Of a DNA stretch of 64,000 nucleotides, positions 61,177 through 64,000 are shown piece by piece. Within the stretch, counting starts at the first letter, position 1. Each line of letters opens with the position of its first letter. Made by a program: the position numbers and the translations under genes. The stretch is from Polyangiaceae bacterium (GTDB lineage Bacteria; Myxococcota_A; Polyangia; Polyangiales; Polyangiaceae), in assembly GCA_965222375.1 (NCBI GenBank), contig CBDCTZ010000015.1, forward strand, positions 576,001 to 640,000, written 5' to 3'. The notes below the pieces were generated by a model, which saw nothing but the letters and a program-made list of their open reading frames with translations, was not told the origin of the DNA and did not search any database.

Positions 61177-62223
61177 TCAGGGCAGCTTCTTCACCGCCGC
61201 GGGCAAGCAGAAGAACTCAGAGCCCTTGCCGTCCAGGCAGCCGAAGGCGTGATACTTGTTCTGCCAGCCCGCGATGATGACCGTGGAGTTGTGGAGCGCT
61301 AGCAAGTCGCTACCGCTGAAGTCCGCAGAGTACTTGTCGTCATGGTCCTCGAAGGTGAGCAGCTGCAAATGGTTCTTGGCCACCGACTGGTAATCGAACG
61401 GGTTCAGCTTGCCGAAGGCGACCTTGCCTAGCTTGTCGCCGTCGGCAGCGACGTTGATCAGATCGTAGGCCGACGTCGTGGCGTTGATCACCCGCAGCTT
61501 GGAGTTGACCCCGCCGGCAACCGGCCCCGAGTCGGGCAGTATCCAGACCTCGGCGGGCTCGTTCGAATACGGGGCAGATAGCAGGGTGAAGTGGGTTGGG
61601 GGCAAACCCAAAGTGTCGACGTTGGGCATCGCAGTCGGGTAGCTCGGCGCTGCGCAGCCGTCCTTGGGCGATGCGATCGCGAAGGCCAAGGGGCCTTGCT
61701 TGAGCGGCAGGTACTTGGTCAGCCGCTGCAGGCCGTTCAGTGAAGAGGCGCTTTCGCCGTGCAGAGCGAGTAGGGGCTGCGGGTCCCAAGTGTAGGTGAT
61801 CCCGTCGTTTTGGTAGGACACGCAGAAGTCGGGGATCTGCACCTGCCCGTCAACGAAGCCGATGCGCACGAAGTACTTGCCCGCCGTGGGATCTGGCGTG
61901 CACGCGCCGCCGCCACAGTCATCAGTGCACACCCAGTCGCCAGTCTTTTCGTCGCAGCCGCAACTCGAAGGCAGGCAGATCTGCACGTCCGTATTGCAGA
62001 TCTGCCCAGCGCTGCACCCAGTCTGAACGCAACCAGCGGGGTTGGGTGCCTTGCAGGCGCTGGCACCTCCGCTCGAGGTTCCACCGGTCGCGCTCCCACC
62101 GCTCGAACCGCCGCCGGTGCTTGCGCCACCCGTGCCGTTCTGTACCGGATCCAGAGTCGTGCTGCCGCAGGCGGCGGTGAGTCCAAAAAGACAAAAGCCA
62201 AAGTAAGGTTTCAAGTTCATCAT
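61177..62223 (-). CDS. Lipoprotein with Cys-rich module and DUF4397-like domain
   Basis: Lipobox TAAC; Gly linker; KLRVINA...VAFG..YQSV. Confidence 0.6.
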   Translation of the reverse strand: MMNLKPYFGFCLFGLTAACGSTTLDPVQNGTGGASTGGGSSGGSATGGTSSGGASACKAPNPAGCVQTGCSAGQICNTDVQICLPSSCGCDEKTGDWVCTDDCGGGACTPDPTAGKYFVRIGFVDGQVQIPDFCVSYQNDGITYTWDPQPLLALHGESASSLNGLQRLTKYLPLKQGPLAFAIASPKDGCAAPSYPTAMPNVDTLGLPPTHFTLLSAPYSNEPAEVWILPDSGPVAGGVNSKLRVINATTSAYDLINVAADGDKLGKVAFGKLNPFDYQSVAKNHLQLLTFEDHDDKYSADFSGSDLLALHNSTVIIAGWQNKYHAFGCLDGKGSEFFCLPAAVKKLP

Positions 62224-62367
62224 CGTGTCATGGCCGCTGCAGACTTAGATGGCTCACTTTGCCGCTGCCTGTTCGAAACAAAACGCCCGAACATGCGAAA
62301 GATGTGAGGATTTTTCGTCCGGTACCCGCCGAAGCGCCAAGCCTGATGGCGAAAGTGTGACCCCAGC

Positions 62368-62394
62368 TGTAACGCCTGGCCAGCCGCGTTCGTG
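62368..62394 (+). promoter_or_regulatory. Putative ECF sigma promoter of the CMD-ECF41 operon
   Basis: TGTAAC-N17-CGTG just upstream of ATG 62406. Confidence 0.55.
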
Positions 62395-62405
62395 TACCCG
62401 ATGAG

Positions 62406-63023
62406 ATGACATCACAAGCTCTGCCCGCCGACCTAGCCACCGACACCCTCGCGACTCCCTCCAACACGCTAGATCACCCGCCACCACGCCTTTCGCCCAT
62501 CGACCGACCCAAGAGCCGGATCCTGCGCTTCCTCTTTTGGCAGGCGAAGCGCCGCTACGGCAAGGTGCCGACGGCGTTTCGAGTCTTGTATGCCCGCGCC
62601 CCTGCTCTGCTCATAGTTACGTTGGCTGCAGTCACGGTGCTCGAGCGGTTTTTGCGCATCCCGCACCGGATCCGCGCTCTGGTGCAGTTCGCCATCGCCA
62701 GCGAACACGGTTGCGCGTTCTGCGCGGACCTTTCACTCGCAGAAGCCATTCGTGCTCGCGTTGGGGCCGAGCGTTTCCGACACCTAGACGAGTTCGAGAC
62801 CCACGCCGCCTTTGATGAACCGGAGCGCGCTGCCATCGCCTATGCCAAGGCTCTCGCGCGAGATCGCCAAGTGCCCAAGGCGATATTCGACCGCCTCGCC
62901 GAACACTTCTCGGAGCGGGAGATCACCGAGATCGTCTGGCTCGGTGGGCTCGAGTCCTACTTTAACGCCATGGCGATCCCCCTGAGCATCGGATCCGACC
63001 ATCTCGCTCAGGGGCAGTCCTGA
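62406..63023 (+). CDS. Carboxymuconolactone decarboxylase/AhpD-family protein
   Basis: HGCAFC motif, F...ERAA..YA, HFSEREI.EI. Confidence 0.88.
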   Translation: MTSQALPADLATDTLATPSNTLDHPPPRLSPIDRPKSRILRFLFWQAKRRYGKVPTAFRVLYARAPALLIVTLAAVTVLERFLRIPHRIRALVQFAIASEHGCAFCADLSLAEAIRARVGAERFRHLDEFETHAAFDEPERAAIAYAKALARDRQVPKAIFDRLAEHFSEREITEIVWLGGLESYFNAMAIPLSIGSDHLAQGQS

Positions 63024-63040
63024 TAAGCTCCAGCATCAGA

Positions 63041-63967
63041 ATGGACGCAGCGGCCCTGGAGACCGCGTTCCACCAACATCGACGGATGTTGTGGGCCGTG
63101 TGTTATCGCCTCACCGGTGATGGGTCCGAATCCGAAGACCTGGTCCAAGACACGTTCCGCCGCGCCCTGGAGTCACCTCCCAAAGATACCGCTCGGCCCT
63201 TGGGTCCGTGGCTGGTGCAGGTCGCAACACGTCTGGGCATCGACGCCTTGAGGCATCGCAAGTCCAAAGCCTACCGCGGCCCGTGGTTGCCCATGCCCAT
63301 CGAGGATTTGGACCTGACGGCGTTGGAGCCCTCCGCAGAATCCCGCTACGGGGAGCGGGAAAGCGCCACCTTCGCGTTCTTGCTCGCCCTGGAAGTGCTC
63401 AGCGCCGAGCAGCGCGCCGTCCTGGTGCTGCGTGACGTACTGGAGCTGAGCGTGCGAGAAGTCGCCGCCGCAACGGGGCTCACCGAAGCGAACGTGCGTG
63501 TCGTGCATCATCGCGCGCGCAAGGCGATGGAGCCCTACGACTCGGAGCGCTGTATCGTCGACGACGCGCTGCTACAGCGAAACACTGCGGCCCTACAACA
63601 ACTCGGCGCTGTACTCGCAGCCGGAGACGTGCGCGCATTGACTAGCCTGCTTTGCGACGACGCCGTGTCCCTCAACGACGCCAACGGCGAGTTCCTGGCA
63701 GCGGGTAGCCCAATAGTAGGCGCCGCCAAGATCGCCAAGTTCTACGTGAAGATCCAAAGCGCCCGCGTTGATGACACCCGTGCCAGCTTCCGCACCGCGA
63801 TGGTCAACGGCCTGCCGGCAATCGTCGCCCAGTACCCCGGTGCCACCGGCAGCCTGGCCCCGCGCGCCGTGTTTCAACTGGTCGTGGACAGCAGCGGACG
63901 CATCAGCGCCATCCACGTGGTAGTCGCGAGCCCCAAGCTCCACCACGTGCATTGGCAGCCGACGTAG
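63041..63967 (+). CDS. ECF41 (SigJ-like) sigma-70 factor with C-terminal SnoaL-like extension
   Basis: EDLVQDTF, YRGPWLPMP linker, LSAEQRAV.VLRDV, VNGLPA, PKL tail. Confidence 0.88.
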   Translation: MDAAALETAFHQHRRMLWAVCYRLTGDGSESEDLVQDTFRRALESPPKDTARPLGPWLVQVATRLGIDALRHRKSKAYRGPWLPMPIEDLDLTALEPSAESRYGERESATFAFLLALEVLSAEQRAVLVLRDVLELSVREVAAATGLTEANVRVVHHRARKAMEPYDSERCIVDDALLQRNTAALQQLGAVLAAGDVRALTSLLCDDAVSLNDANGEFLAAGSPIVGAAKIAKFYVKIQSARVDDTRASFRTAMVNGLPAIVAQYPGATGSLAPRAVFQLVVDSSGRISAIHVVVASPKLHHVHWQPT

Positions 63968-64000
63968 TTCTGCCACCTTGATTTGGGGAGCCGAAATGTA

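Overview
High-GC window whose gene content (MYXO-CTERM-type sorting signals, FHA- and GAF-sigma54 activators, many Gly-linker/Cys-rich lipoproteins, a TonB-C-fused TonB-dependent receptor) points to a Myxococcota genome, probably Polyangiales (inference). Recognisable blocks: a complete hydrogenase maturation operon hypABFCDE with no hydrogenase structural genes in the window, a complete Na+-NQR operon nqrABCDEF-apbE-nqrM flanked by USP and CBS genes, CobA/HemD, a FadN-type 3-hydroxyacyl-CoA dehydrogenase, a heterodimeric ABC exporter, a hybrid histidine kinase, a PutP-type Na+ symporter and a CMD + ECF41 (SigJ-like) sigma pair. No rRNA, tRNA, CRISPR array, transposase or integrase was recognised. 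The most interesting observations are: (1) a tandem pair of peptidoglycan hydrolases (SpoIID/LytB and M15 peptidase) with near-identical TSP3 stalks and apparent anchors at both ends; (2) an NKFDE-type GAF sigma54 activator next to an MBL hydrolase with its own sigma54 promoter and enhancer-like sites; (3) an unexplained structured ~160-nt element, overlapping a 36-aa hydrophobic ORF, between convergent genes; (4) lipoproteins ending in double knottin-like frameworks or a 42-aa Cys/Ser repeat; (5) a 22-bp perfect palindromic operator; (6) a collapsed Ser/Thr kinase remnant; (7) a recurring leaderless-promoter signature. All family assignments come from motif recognition by eye; no database search was run.
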